Below are positions 27,387 to 40,789 of a stretch of DNA of 64,000 bases, piece by piece (the first letter of the stretch is position 1; every line of letters begins with the position of its first letter). The notes beneath the pieces are model-generated. The model worked only from the letters and a program-made list of their open reading frames with translations, did not search any database and was not told the DNA's origin. Origin of the DNA: Octopus sinensis (Eukaryota); the NCBI RefSeq assembly GCF_006345805.1, contig NC_043001.1, forward strand, positions 52,638,001 to 52,702,000, in the 5' to 3' direction. A program made the position numbers and the translations under genes.

Positions 27387-30127
27387 TATATATATATACA
27401 TTAACATCATAAGAGTTTAGAAACTTTGTGAGAGAATGTAAACTAAAATACTCCATTACAACACTACTTTCATATTTTGAAATACAGCTTTTAGGAAGGT
27501 ACATAATATCTTTTACATATCCTGTGCTAGCTAAGACCTAGTTGTAGTATGAAGCCTTCCCACTAAATATTACCCCTTTAAACGAATGCATCTGTATCCA
27601 GAGTAGAAACACTGTGTACCACTGATTACAGCTCGAGTGAAATTTGAGAGGTGATTTACATATATTGTATGCTAGTGGGGTTTATACTAATGGCCGCTGT
27701 GAAGTTCCAACTTAACATCCAGGCAATTGTCTGTTGTACGATTAGTAAGATATGTGACGGACATAGCTACACATTTGAAGAATTTAAACATTCGTTCCCT
27801 AAAATACTCATTGCTCGCATAGTTACACTTTTGGACTGTGAACAGTGTGTCGCCCCTATATCGATCCCTGTCCAGGCCGGGAAATTCTTTCTTAATGCAG
27901 TATCATGTGCATATTTGCTGAAGATCGGTGACCGGCACTTCCGGCATTCAACTTCTATAGAAATATACTTGTTCGATAACTATGATAGTAATGCTAGCAT
28001 GCACCACAACACTTAATACTATTCAATACTTAACAAGATTCAACCGTACGAAATTGAACTACCTATCTAATGGTTATATAACCTCTGATGGTTCTAGTCT
28101 TACACGTACGTCTAAGTATTTATGCAACCACATAATTGCACCAATGTAAAATAACCAGAGTAGTAACGCACTAATTATTAATAATAGTACTACACCTAAG
28201 AATATCCCCATACTGAAGATAAAGAACGATGATTCTTCTATCTAAAGAATTTTTACCCCGGTGAAAAATGTGTAAAAAAATCAAATGTTAAACAAATGTT
28301 AAAAGATATCAAATGTTAAATCTACCTTCAATCACAAAACAGGTTTATAGTTATACATGAGAATAATTCTACTTTATTAACTTGGTATCCATGTTGCTGA
28401 TAGAAATATTGAATATGAAATTGCTTGGTCGATTGCTTGGATACCACGTTACACTATGGGGATTGAAATGCTAAGTGTGAGTTGTGCATATCTGAAATTT
28501 ATGAATCCATTAGTTGTAAATCGAATCTTATTCGCCAAGGTGATAATATAATAGTTAGATGTCCGCTCATGTACAGTATGTCTTTCCAGCACACTACGTG
28601 TAACTAACCTATTAGCTATTGCGTGGGTTACACCAGCGTTTTGTTTGTTGTGTAACATTAAGCGCTCTAGATTTTTCTCACTTTTGTTGCTTTTATTTTT
28701 ACGTTATATATTTATTATTCTTTTATCCTTTCTTTCTACCATGATTGAATTCTCCCTGCTCTGCGGTTGCATAATTGATGTTAGTCTGACTCTTAAATTT
28801 TAAATTTTAACTCACTTATCTTAATTACCTTAATTGCTTTGAGTACTATAAATAACTCCAACTTAGAATACTGATGTCCTGTCCGATCACTATATTTACT
28901 AAAATTATCAATACTTGTTAATTATTAATAAAAGTCTTCCCCACAAACATCGCCTGTATTTTCACTCTTTGGTCATATACTAGTGCGTTTGAGTTGCTGC
29001 CTAATACTGTTATTGTTATACTCTGGAAGTCTAATCGATATGATAAATAACCTTGATTTCTATAGAATATAGTCTATATATTCTTCCATTCGGCTATTCA
29101 TATTAATATGAGTATAATGCCCAGAACTTATTAACCTGATCAAATTATATGTTCAAACTACTTTCTAGGTCTACATTCTTAGTTATCACTCAATAATGTG
29201 TGACCGAAATCTATAAGCTTGGTCTAATGTAATTTTCTCCTTATTCGCTTTAATCTTTGCTTTTTAATCGTTATATAGATTATACGTAGGCATGGTTATC
29301 ACATATAATAGAAACTTTATAATTGGTTATATACATTTGTTGGGCAGAAGTAATCGTATACGCATGTCTGAATGTATTCTTGTGGTCGGCAAATTTATTA
29401 TAGTGCTCCGCATGTTTCGACTATACGTGTTTATGTTTATCAATATATGCGTATATGTGTGTACATGTGTATATATCTACAACACATGTAAGTATATAAA
29501 CAGATGTGTCTTCTTATATGAAAGTATATTGATTTTGGCTAGATTCGTTATGTGAATATGTGTATGTATGAGTGCATATGCTTGCGTAAATGTACGTGTG
29601 TGTGAATATCACAGGAGTGTTTTTTGAACCACTCTTGTGTGGCGGTTCTTGGCGGCGAAAGAACCAGAAGCGCGGTGACAGACAATCCGATAGCGATCAA
29701 CGCTGGGCAGACATTAAGTTCTTACACGTTTTTCTATAAGAGGAATTTTTTTCTTTATGGTAACTGCAGTGAATTTGCCTTTAGGAGTTGAAATATGTCA
29801 CAAACACATTTTAACTAACCTTGGCTCTGATGCAGGTGTGTGTGTGTGTGTATGCGCACGCGCTTGTGTGCGTGCATGTGTGTGTGTGTGTGGGGGGGTG
29901 TTTATGTGTTCGTGTATGTACAAATTCATAAAGTTGTCAAAACCAAAACGATATACTGTTGACAGTTAATGAATTAAGATTTCAATTCATGTATATGCTT
30001 TGCGCGCTCTTTGTTTTGTGCAGATATTGTTTTATGCTTTGAATTTCTTAAAAGTAATAGGAAATACAGCAAAAATTTTATCAGTGTGTTCTATGCACCC
30101 AAAACCTTTACAATTGACACATGCAAG

Positions 30128-30128
30128 G

Positions 30129-30198
<70 letters not shown>

Positions 30199-30210
30199 CA
30201 ACAATAATAA
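30128..30210. repeat. (AAT)n microsatellite
   Basis: Direct reading; a second (AAT)n/(AAG)n tract lies at 30655-30740. Confidence 0.95.
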
Positions 30211-30211
30211 T

Positions 30212-30650
30212 CCTTTGTATTATAGGCTCAAGGCCTGAAATTTGGGGGAGGAGGATAGTCGATTACATTGATCTCAGTACTTAACTGGTACTTAATTTAT
30301 CGACCCCGAAATGTTGAAAGGCAAAGTCGACCTCGGCGGAATTTGAACTCAGAATGTCAAGACAGTCGAAATACGGCCAAGTATTTGATCCGGCGTGCTA
30401 AGGATTGTATCAGCTCAACGTCTGAATAATAATGATAATTATTTCAATTTTTGCCACAAGGGCAGTTTGGGGGATGTGGGAATGAGTTGATTACATCAAC
30501 CTCAGTGTTCAACTAGTACTTATTTTATCGACCCCGAAAGGATGAATGGTAAAGTGAACATCGGCGGAATTTGAACTCAGAACGTGAAGACGGACAAAAT
30601 ACCGCCAAGCATTTCCTCCGGCGTGCTAAGGATTCTACTAGCATGCAGCC
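30212..30650 (-). mobile_element. Two SINE family A copies
   Basis: tttatcgaccccgaaa...ggcaaagtcgacctcggcggaatttgaactcagaa occurs twice. Confidence 0.85.
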
Positions 30651-30741
30651 CCAATAATAACAACAACAATCATATAAATAATAATAATAATAATAATAAT
30701 AATCATAACAATAATAATAATAAGAAGAAGAAGAAGAAGAG

Positions 30742-31500
30742 CGTTGGGAAGCGGTCAAAAGAGGTGAGAATCTGACGGCACCAAGCCTGGGGAGTTTCGA
30801 GAAGCAGCACTTCCTATTCGAGTTCTTGAGCCGTGGCATTGGTCATATTGAGATGTGAGGACATGTGGAGTCGTGTTGCAGAAGAACACCATTTTACCTA
30901 TTCGGTATTTTTTGCTGAATTGCTTCGATTAATCGGTGCATTTCTTCAACGTACGTAGTGCTTCACATCGAATGTTTGGTTGCGCTCTAGCAGTTCGTAA
31001 TGAGATATTCCTTCCCGGTCCTACCATACTCACAACATGGTTTTTCGAGGATGAAAATCTTGCTTTGCTCGCGAAGTCGCATGTTCGTCGGGGCTAAGCC
31101 ATTCTTTTCGTAAAGACACCATTTTTCATTGCTCAGTGACAATGCAGTAACGAAAACGTTGTTTGTGACCATGTGTGGAGTGATGACGAGCGAGCAAACT
31201 AGCGGTGATTATGGAGCATTTATTTGTTACTTTCGCAAGATTCAGAGATTCTGAACCTTGTCCATTGAGTGAATGTGGTTATCCATGGGTTTTTTATAAC
31301 AATATATCTACTACGCTAATTCTCTGGTCGTTTAACGTAGATTTTCGGGAAGAATTCGATTCAACCGCTCTTCATCGAACTCAATTGGTCGACCGGCGTG
31401 TGATCTATCTTTAAGATAAAAATTGCCATTTTTTAAGCACAAAAATCGCTATGTTTAGTTTAGACATTTACTTAACGCCCGAAAGTGAAACACAAACAAA
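30742..31500 (-). mobile_element. Decayed mariner transposase
   Basis: CIVT..NEKWCLY (IVTGDEKW-like) at ~31110-31160 and SPGLVPSDSHLF (YSPDLAPSD-like) at ~30755-30800. Confidence 0.7.
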
Positions 31501-32109
31501 ATGGTATGATTATTTCCATATTCAATTTTCCCCTTTTTCGTTTCTATGCTCTTCTTCTTCTTTATTTATTTTTCACTCTGATGAAGTTCCATGCTTCAGA
31601 TCGGTTTTATTACCAAATATGATAAATATCTTTAGCATATAAATGGCAATACCATACAACATTGGAATCAGAAACAACTGTTAATTGGGATCCAGTCTAT
31701 TTGAATTAAATTAATAAATAATAATTGATGTAAGTCAATTGTTTTTCATCAATATTTCTTCATTTTCTGTTTTCACTATATAAAAGTATATATATGTCTA
31801 TATTAACAAAAACGTGGTGTAAATAAACATACGGATATATACTAAATGCACAGACGACCGTGAAACACATTAAGTCACCAACATCTCTGTAGTTGTTGGT
31901 CAGGTTTTATGAAATGATACAGGATCACACCTGCGCCAGTCCACCGAACGCACACACCATCAGCTTCTTTTGATGAATTTTGCTTTTAGGACTGTGTTTT
32001 GGTCGCCCATATTTGTCCATTCATTGTGCGGAATGTTTACGGTTGTTCCATTGGTAAGTCAACTGTTGTTCATCAATATTTCTTCATTTTCTGATTTCAC
32101 TATATAAAA

Positions 32110-32151
<42 letters not shown>

Positions 32152-32152
32152 T

Positions 32153-32790
32153 ATATACCAATTAAGGACTGAACACGAAAAGTGGACAGTCAACATGCTA
32201 GATATAGACGTCAAATCGCCATTCACCACAAAAGATTATGTTCTCAGATCAAACTCAACACAAAACCATAGCAATAAACAAGTGAAAAATATACGAAATA
32301 AAATAATTACCCATGTACTAAATTAGTTTCAGCTGTTATTTTCCGCAAGGAAAACTGCAGCCATCATCAGCATGGTCCGTTATAAATGTAATTTGATGGA
32401 CTAGATGCAAACACGATACCGAAATATCGCGTGCATGGAGTTCAGCCTATTACATTAGAATATATCTTTCAAATGCCTCTACTTTGGCGCGTTGCAGTTT
32501 TCCTTGCGGAAAATAACAGCTGAAACTAATTTAGTACATGGGTAATTATTTTATTTCGTATATTTTTCACTTGTTTATTGCTATGGTTTTGTGTTGAGTT
32601 TGATCTGAGAACATAATCTTTTGTGGTGAATGGCGATTTGACGTCTATATCTAGCATGTTGACTGTCCACTTTTCGTGTTCAGTCCTTAATTGGTATATA
32701 TAAATATTTTAATCTTCGGATTCTTTTTTAATATGCTAGACCACTGGTCTTAATTGATAAATATCAATTTCTACCCTTAATTAATTTTAT
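32153..32790. mobile_element. Fold-back PLE-terminus element, copy 1
   Basis: ~205-bp perfect inverted arms 32153-32359 / 32493-32699, 133-bp spacer, ~90-bp tail ending atcaatttctacccttaattaattttat(at)n; flanked by (TA)n. Confidence 0.85.
32311..32375 (-). ncRNA. Type I hammerhead ribozyme motif
   Basis: ccatg-CTGATGA-t ggctg cagttttcc ttgc ggaaaataa cagct-GAAA-cta att tag-TA-catgg. Confidence 0.8.
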
Positions 32791-32828
32791 ATATATATAT
32801 ATATATAATATAATATATATAATATATT

Positions 32829-33463
32829 ATATACCAATTAAGGACTGAACACGAAAAGTGGACAGTCAACATGCTAGATATAGACGTCAAATCGCCATTC
32901 ACCACAAAAGATTATGTTCTCAGATCAAACTCAACACAAAACCATAGCAATAAACAAGTGAAAAATATACGAAATAAAATAATTACCCATGTACTAAATT
33001 AGTTTCAGCTGTTATTTTCCGCAAGGAAAACTGCAGCCATCATCAGCATGGTCCGTTATAAATGTAATTTGATGGACTAGATGCAAACACGATACCGAAA
33101 TATCGCGTGCATGGAGTTCAGCCTATTACATTAGAATATATCTTTCAAATGCCTCTACTTTGGCGCGTTGCAGTTTTCCTTGCGGAAAATAACAGCTGAA
33201 ACTAATTTAGTACATGGGTAATTATTTTATTTCGTATATTTTTCACTTGTTTATTGCTATGGTTTTGTGTTGAGTTTGATCTGAGAACATAATCTTTTGT
33301 GGTGAATGGCGATTTGACGTCTATATCTAGCATGTTGACTGTCCACTTTTCGTGTTCAGTCCTTAATTGGTATATATAAATATTTTAATCTTCGGATTCT
33401 TTTTTAATATGCTAGACCACTGGTCTTAATTGATAAATATCAATTTCTACCCTTAATTAATTT

Positions 33464-33466
<3 letters not shown>
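32829..33466. mobile_element. Fold-back PLE-terminus element, copy 2 (tandem, period 676)
   Basis: Appears identical to 32153-32790. Confidence 0.85.
32987..33051 (-). ncRNA. Type I hammerhead ribozyme motif (second tandem copy)
   Basis: Identical to 32311-32375. Confidence 0.8.
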
Positions 33467-33494
<28 letters not shown>

Positions 33495-33543
33495 GATAAT
33501 ATATATATATATATATATATATATACATTATATATATATATAC

Positions 33544-33628
<85 letters not shown>

Positions 33629-34203
33629 AAACATGTTGTAAATAAACATACGAATATTTACTAAATGCAAAGACGAGCGTGAAACACAGTAAGTCACCAA
33701 CTTCTCTGCAGTTATTGGTCAGAGTATCGAGGGCAATTTCGGCTATTATCGATAATTCTGCTTCCATTCTGGAGGTACCGGCAAACCACTTGCAGGAACT
33801 GGGACCAAAACGTAACAAAACGGTACGGGCTGAAGACGAGACCCTTAGTAGACGTGCGAGGGACAAGATAATAAACAAAAAAAAACGGCTTAGGGCGACA
33901 TGGAGGCAGCAATTAAAATGATAATAATACACATACAGCAGGAAAACATTAGGGATGCAAGACAAGACAGAAATGGGTAACACGAAGCAGTCCTAAAAGA
34001 CTGTAGAGAGTATTGGGGCGGGTATTAGAGAGAGGAGGTCAGAAAATCGTGACCAGTCCGGTCAAAGGCAAAGCGAAAAAGAATGACACTGCCTTAAGTC
34101 GTCACGGATCCCGTGATAGTGGAACATTAAGAGATGCGAGGAGCTCAGAAAGTCGTTACCAGTCCGACTGTCTATACTCGCTTCTCTGTATGTATGTCTG
34201 TGT

Positions 34204-34234
<31 letters not shown>

Positions 34235-34361
34235 GCCAAATAATTTAATTACACAGAGACGTAATCAAACCAACATCGATTGTCAAGCGATGGTGGGGGG
34301 GACAAACGCACACAAACATACACAGACACGTATATCTATCTAACTATATATATATATCTAT

Positions 34362-34408
<47 letters not shown>

Positions 34409-34409
34409 C

Positions 34410-34571
34410 ACAACGGGATTCTTTCACTTTCCGTCTACCAACTCTCCTCACAAGGGTTTGGTAGGCCCGAGGCTATAGTAGAAGACACTTGCCGAAGGTG
34501 CTACGCAGTGGGACTAAACCCGGACCTATGAGGTTGGTAAACAAGCTACTTACCAAGCAGCCACGCTACTC

Positions 34572-34573
<2 letters not shown>
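34410..34573 (-). mobile_element. SINE family B (tRNA-derived, CORE-like)
   Basis: Reverse complement reads gtggctgcttggtaagtagcttg...gggtttagtcccactgcgtagcaccttcggcaagtgtcttctactatagcctcggg. Confidence 0.85.
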
Positions 34574-34618
<45 letters not shown>

Positions 34619-35419
34619 ATGTAAGTATGACAAAAATCCAAGCCGTGTTCTCTTGGAGCACCTCTGCTTATTCCCGTACACCAATCTGATATGTGGTGGC
34701 TGCCGTTGTTGCAAAGATGTAACCTACACATTACAACTGAAAATTCTGGAAATATTTGTTACAGAAGTATTATATATCAAACAGGAATCTGGAAAATGTT
34801 GGTATTAATTATTCATCATTGCACATGTTTTTTTATGTTAGATAAACATGTGATTTGCTGTTAGAAAACCTTGAGATAAATCAAATGAACCCTGGTACAG
34901 ATTTTTAAATTCTGTTCCTTATTTCCTTATTCTATTACTTTCTGTTGTCGAACCATCCCAACTAGAATTAAGGCGTTTTTGAAAAACCAAATGTTATGAA
35001 CTAGATTGTGGCTAGATGATAAAATTTTACTCAAAATAATAACCTCAGATTCCACCACAATCTCAAGACGAAAGAAATTATATATTTTCTGTTATTTTGA
35101 CCTAAACCTGTTGTATTTAATGAACTTTCTTTAATGAGGGAGGACAAGGATCGTAATTCTTGAATTTGTTTCTTTTTGCTCGTTCCGTTTTTTGCACCAA
35201 CTTCTTCACGTTTTTCCTTTTTTCTTGTTTTTCTTACTCTCTAGCGTCCTCGTTTTTAAAGAATATATATAACGCATTGACAGAGCCTAAATGATTAATT
35301 TAAGATACATGTCGTATTTTATAAATATGCTTGTTCAAGTATCATAATAAAATGAAACTATTAGTGGTCCTTTCGGCTGTATATTTAATTTTAACAGTTG
35401 CTGTCTGCTAGACGGAAAC

Positions 35420-35885
35420 TCAATCTAGTGTCGGCGGGGGTCCTCCAATTTGATAAAAGAAACCTGTCCATGTGTCTGCAGCTGCTAAACTTTCAGATCT
35501 CGAATTAAGTAGTGTTTTAGAATTACTGGATCGAAAAAGAATATGTGATCTTTCTGCTCCACATAAGTTGCATTTCTTAGATCCATTAACACATGACTTG
35601 GATCTATACACTATTCTCCACTTAATTGTATGTGGTGCGGAGCTGCTTTTCACATTCCATACAGGGCTAGCCAAATTAGTTGCATTGGGTTTACCGATGT
35701 GGCTGAAAGAAGTTGTTTTGCATAACGTCGCTTGAAATAATCATCACATAGCCCGATGTAACACTTCTTTTCAACTGATTTGTCTTGGAGCGTAGCTATC
35801 ACTTCAACCTCATATAAGATGACGTTTATCATACATGCCTGGGTGAGTGGGAAAACCTTAGGTTCTCGACAGTTATAATTTTCTT
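35420..35885 (-). pseudogene. PLE GIY-YIG endonuclease remnant
   Basis: VILYEVEV...CYIGLCDDYFKRRY, then IKWRIV...KKCNLCGAE..HIL...LLNSRSE; same architecture as the EN at 57640-58048. Confidence 0.8.
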
Positions 35886-37446
35886 CATGTCAGTGCATCA
35901 ACTGTATAACTTTATTGAGCGTCTCTTAAAAATCTTCCTGTATTTATCGACAAACGTTTATCTATAAGATACAGATATTGTAGGAAATTAAAGAAGTAAT
36001 GTTGATAAATAAAAACTGATTGGACAGACAGGTGACAGACACATAAAGGCCGAGAAAATAAGATATTGCCATTATATCCGTGTTTTGTTGTGTTTTGCTT
36101 TGCTTTTTTCTAATTCACACTTCTCAAAACCTTTCTTGTAGTGATTTAGGTTTCTTGTGATGTTGTATTAACGGTTTTCGTTAGTGGAATCGAATAAAGC
36201 GGTCTTGTGTGTCTGAATGGACATTTGTTGCTATAAAGGTCTTGCACTTAACATTTAGTGTTATGCCTGAATTACAGTAGAGACGCAAACATCTTACAAT
36301 TTATTGCAAATATGGCAAATATGTTAAACCCAAGCTAGCTATAGAGGAATCCTAGATGCTGTCATTACAAGAGCTAGAACTAACAACCATTCTCATTCGT
36401 GTCATTCCCAGACTTCCCCTAAATACAATGATGCGTTAAATAAACAGAACGAGCTATTAACTGAACGTGATTGACACTAATTCACATAAAGAGAAATACG
36501 CACATACACAAACTCACACGCACACAAGCAGGCACACACACACACATACACACAGGGAGAATAAAACGTAAACGTACAGGTCCTTATAAGATTTTAACTA
36601 AGGACCTGTACCTTCATGGAAGTACCGACCTACATCCATACCCTCTGGAAAAAGATGAGCTGTGAACATAATTCTCCCGCCCGTATTCTACTTTACTATT
36701 TATTCTTCTATATACTCCTTTATTCTTCTATGTTGTTCCTTATAAACTGTGAATATATTTTATTCCTTGTAAACTGTAAATTTTCCTTATCTAAAATATT
36801 CATACCTTGTCTCTGATGACGGAACACCAAGTGGACATACTAACATACCACTTGGGTTAACCCAGAAACAGTTGAAAAGCTTCAAATTCCCCTTACCCTA
36901 ATAAAATTGTTTACATCATTTGAGATACTCGTTCTGCCTTGATATTGCCTTTTCCTCTAATGTAATATATACCCGCTATAACGGAACCCTAATACGGATT
37001 CCTAGATCCAATCTCAACTGTGAACTTGGAACCTAACGGACGACCAACTTTAGCACTTACTCAGCGTACCTTTACGTTTAGACAACAAGTCAACTAAACC
37101 CGCATATTTTTACACACACACACACACACACACACATACACACGCATACACACACAAACACAAACATACTCACAAACAAGCACACACACATACATATAAA
37201 TATGTAAATGTATGGCTATACATGTAAGCGCGTGTGCATGAGTGTATAAATGTGTGTGTGTGTATTTGCATACAGATGTCATAGAAGAATTTTCATCGCT
37301 GTTTGTACAGGACGATATGGTAAGATAAAATAATCTTACTTAACCTAACATAAACTTGTTTTAGGTTGATCCTTGATTTCATATCTCTACAATTAATAAT
37401 ATGAATAATAGTGGTTTAAATGAAAATAAAATAGTTGTAGCATATA

Positions 37447-37846
37447 TTCTTTTGTACTCTAGGTACAAGGCCCGAAATTTTGGGGGAGGGGTCCAGTTGA
37501 TTATATCGACACCAGTACGCAACTGGTACTTAATTTATCAAACCCGAAAGGTTGAAAGGCAAAGTCGATCTCGGCGGAATTTGAACTCAGAACGTAATGA
37601 CAGACGAAATACCTATTTCTTTACTACCCACAAGGGGCTAAACACAGAGCGGACAAACACGGACAGACAAACGGATTAAGTCGATTATATCGACCTCAGT
37701 GCGCAACTGGTATCTACTTAATCGACCCCGAAAGTACGAAAGGCAAAGTCGACCTCGGCGGAATTTGAACTCACAACGTAATGGCTGACGCAATACCGCT
37801 AAGCATTTCGCCCGGCGTGCTAACGTTTCTGCTAGTTCGCCGCCTT
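37447..37846 (-). mobile_element. Dimeric SINE family A
   Basis: Two cores, ending ccttagttg; includes the tail tttctttactacccacaaggggctaaacac. Confidence 0.85.
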
Positions 37847-38030
37847 AGTTGTAGAATATATTATACCATCTACACACACTTTAGTTATTTTATTAATGAT
37901 ATATAAAACCATATATTTTCTCTCTCTCAGAGAAAAACAGCAGGAATACATAAATATGTAAATTTACTTCTATAACACATTTCATGTTATTATAAATTTA
38001 TTATGATAAAATTTATATATGATATATATA

Positions 38031-38185
38031 GTGGAGCAAGCGTGGCAGTGTAGTAAGAAGCTTGCTTCACAACCACATGGTTCCGGGTACTGTCCTACTG
38101 TGTAACACCTTCGGCAAGTGTCTCCTACTGTAGCCTCGGACCTACCAAAGCCCTCTGAGGGGATTTGGTAGACAGAAAGTGAAAG
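38031..38185 (+). mobile_element. SINE family B
   Basis: gtggcagtgtagtaagaagcttgcttcacaaccacatggttccggg...accttcggcaagtgtc. Confidence 0.85.
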
Positions 38186-38190
38186 GTGGT

Positions 38191-38421
38191 GACTACATTG
38201 GCCAAACTAGCTTAACTTTGAGGGATTGACTTATGTCGCACAGGCAACAAATCCGGGACCCCACTACTAGGAAAATTCCCGTAAGCAAGCACGTAGACAT
38301 AAACCCTAAATACCAAATCTTCTCCCTCTATCAATGCACTGGAAACATTTCAACCCATTTCCGTTTAAATAAGGAAAACATGCTGATTAAAAAATATAAA
38401 CCACAGTTGAATATCCTTTAG
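38191..38421 (+). pseudogene. PLE GIY-YIG C-terminal remnant (different PLE clade)
   Basis: DYIGQTSLTLRD*LMSHRQQIR...VSKH...RLNKENMLIKKYKPQLN. Confidence 0.75.
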
Positions 38422-39909
38422 AAAGAAGTAAAAGAAGTAAAAAGAAAAGAAAAAAGACTCAATTTCAACAACCGAATGCCAGATTGAACATCCATCATAT
38501 CGATGTATTTACAAGTAAATAAATAGCCAGTGATGTCGCAAAAAGCTCTTAGGTTGTGTTGAAATTAGTTATTACCGATGGAATCAGCCTTTGTAACGGC
38601 TATTAACTTGTACATCCAACTCAACTTGAATGAGTTATTTTGAAGACCGAAGACAACAGTAATTGCCCTCAAAGATCATAACGTATAGACGTTCTGAGGC
38701 GATTTACATATAGTAAATGCTCGTTGAGCTTATGATACTACCTATAATAGCCAGTGTGAAATTCCAATATAACATACAAGCAGTTGAATATTTTATGATT
38801 ACTAATAAATATTGTGGACATATCTGCACTTTTGATATATCTAAACAATTATTTCCTATAACTCTATTTAATATACTTTGAGACTACAAACAGTGCGTCA
38901 CTCCTATATAGACTATATAGACATATCACCATGCAATCTTTTTTCTATAATAAGAAACGCGAAATTCTACCTGTCTGTCCGTCTGTCCTTTCGTCTGTCT
39001 CTCCCTTCGTCCGTCCGAGACCTCTGTATCTCAATCTACATTTGTTCTACATATACATATTACCCTATTATGAAATCAAGACGATCCCAGAATTAAAAAT
39101 CTGCCCTTCATTTGGATCGAGAACTTTTAGCATTTGGATCAGGTCTAGAAGAGGATTTGTTATATGCTAACATTTAAAAATTCAAATTTTAAAAGAACTC
39201 CAAAAATATGTGAATTTATAAGTTTTTTTTCATTTAAACTGAATTTATAGTGATACCATATTAGTAGGTATTTAATGCCAAATTGGTATGGTAACAATGA
39301 ATGCTTTATTAATTTTGTTCTTTCCATTTTTGACCCACAGGTTCAATCAGCCCTCCACTAATAGACAAATCAATTTACATTAGAATTCCATATACTCGTA
39401 CCAACATTATATCAATAAGAGGCAAAACACGTCGCAGATATGGAGAAAAGATACTGAGTGCATATACCATCTGAATTGAACTTCAAATGTCCGCCTTAGT
39501 CTTCTCAGAAGGAGAATGATGGATAATTTTAATATTTCTATTTCGTTTTTCCCCTTCTTCATTATATTTTACTGACGTATCTTATAATGAACACACTAAT
39601 CTGCGTATACTAATTTGAAATAAGATAAAGACTTGTCTGGTGTACATAAACATAAGAAATCTATTTATGGTCAATTTATATCAGAAAATATGAAATATTA
39701 AATATATTTAATTAAAGATATTAAGTTACTGCGTTGGTATGGATTAACAGTTAGAGAGTTCAATATTTTATTACTAAGTAGTCTATTCAGATTATTGCTT
39801 TCATTCTAATTTAAGGAAAGAAAGGTAAGGAAGAAAGCAAAATTTCGGAGAGAATAAAGATAATGATAGGATATAATGCAATTCAAGAAATTATACAAAG
39901 CAAAATAAA

Positions 39910-40760
39910 TCACCCGTCTTGAAAGTAATGGAAAAGTGGACGTGATTTTTTTTTATCAACTCACAGATATCGGTTATATTGCCTATGTTGGGGGAATAAT
40001 ACTTCCTCTATACGACAGAGAAATACTTTTCGATGCAGTTTCCATCAGGAAAGTGAAGCCGTTATCAACTCACAAAATCGGCCATCATAACTTTCTGGTT
40101 CTGTTATTTAAGTTTTGGAGAAGAAATGTAATACCATTCCAAGGACTGAACCGTTTAGATACATCCATATTTCATTCCCGACCGAGAAATCACCAACAAG
40201 CGTAACTGTCATGGCATCAAATGCCTCCATCAGTTCAACGCAAACTTTTGCCCCTTCTCCTTTCAAATTGGACATAAAATGCGGAGGTACCTACTTTGCG
40301 AACACATTTTGTTACCCAAAGTTTTCCACAATCTTTTATAAGTTGTTGGTATCATAGCAAAGTTATCCTGCAAGCTCGCGGATTGTGAGTCGTCTATCCG
40401 TGTGTGTCTGTTAGTGGAATGCTTGAGGATTTGTTTCAGTAGCAGGCCATTTGTGGCAGATTTCCTGGTCTCGCACCAAATGGTTTGTCTTCATTGGTGG
40501 ATTTCACTTCTTTAAACTCCTTCCTCATCTGTGCACATCGTTCTTCTCGCTCCTGTCATCTGAGTACGCAACATATCCTTTTCTGGATGTGGGAGAGCCA
40601 GCATTCCCTTCTTTGTCAATAGCCCAATGACAAGACATTGCTTTCACTTTGAATCCATTAATTCTCTGCAATGTAGAACTGGAAGAATATTAGGAGAGAT
40701 GAAGAGTTACCTTACCAACATGTGTAATTTGAACTAGCGTTGAGAACTAATAAAACAAAT
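39910..40760 (-). mobile_element. Decayed mariner-like relic
   Basis: EFKE....EDKP..RP-like N-terminal motif at ~40470-40520 and a decayed SPDL..YHLF-like region at ~40110-40155. Confidence 0.45.
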
Positions 40761-40789
40761 AAGCCAAGATTAACATCGTATGATGTTGC

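Noticed and set aside
27651-28016. Plus-strand 121-aa ORF
   Set aside because: Non-ATG start, no motif; the opposite strand looks more coding-like.
29620-29720. GC-richer hairpin ggttctt..aagaacc, considered as HDV-like ribozyme or Helitron end
   Set aside because: No nested pseudoknot or CTRR terminus could be identified.
32153-33466. CRISPR array or DNA-transposon MITE
   Set aside because: No repeat-spacer periodicity; the asymmetric tail and HHR point to PLE termini rather than terminal TIRs.
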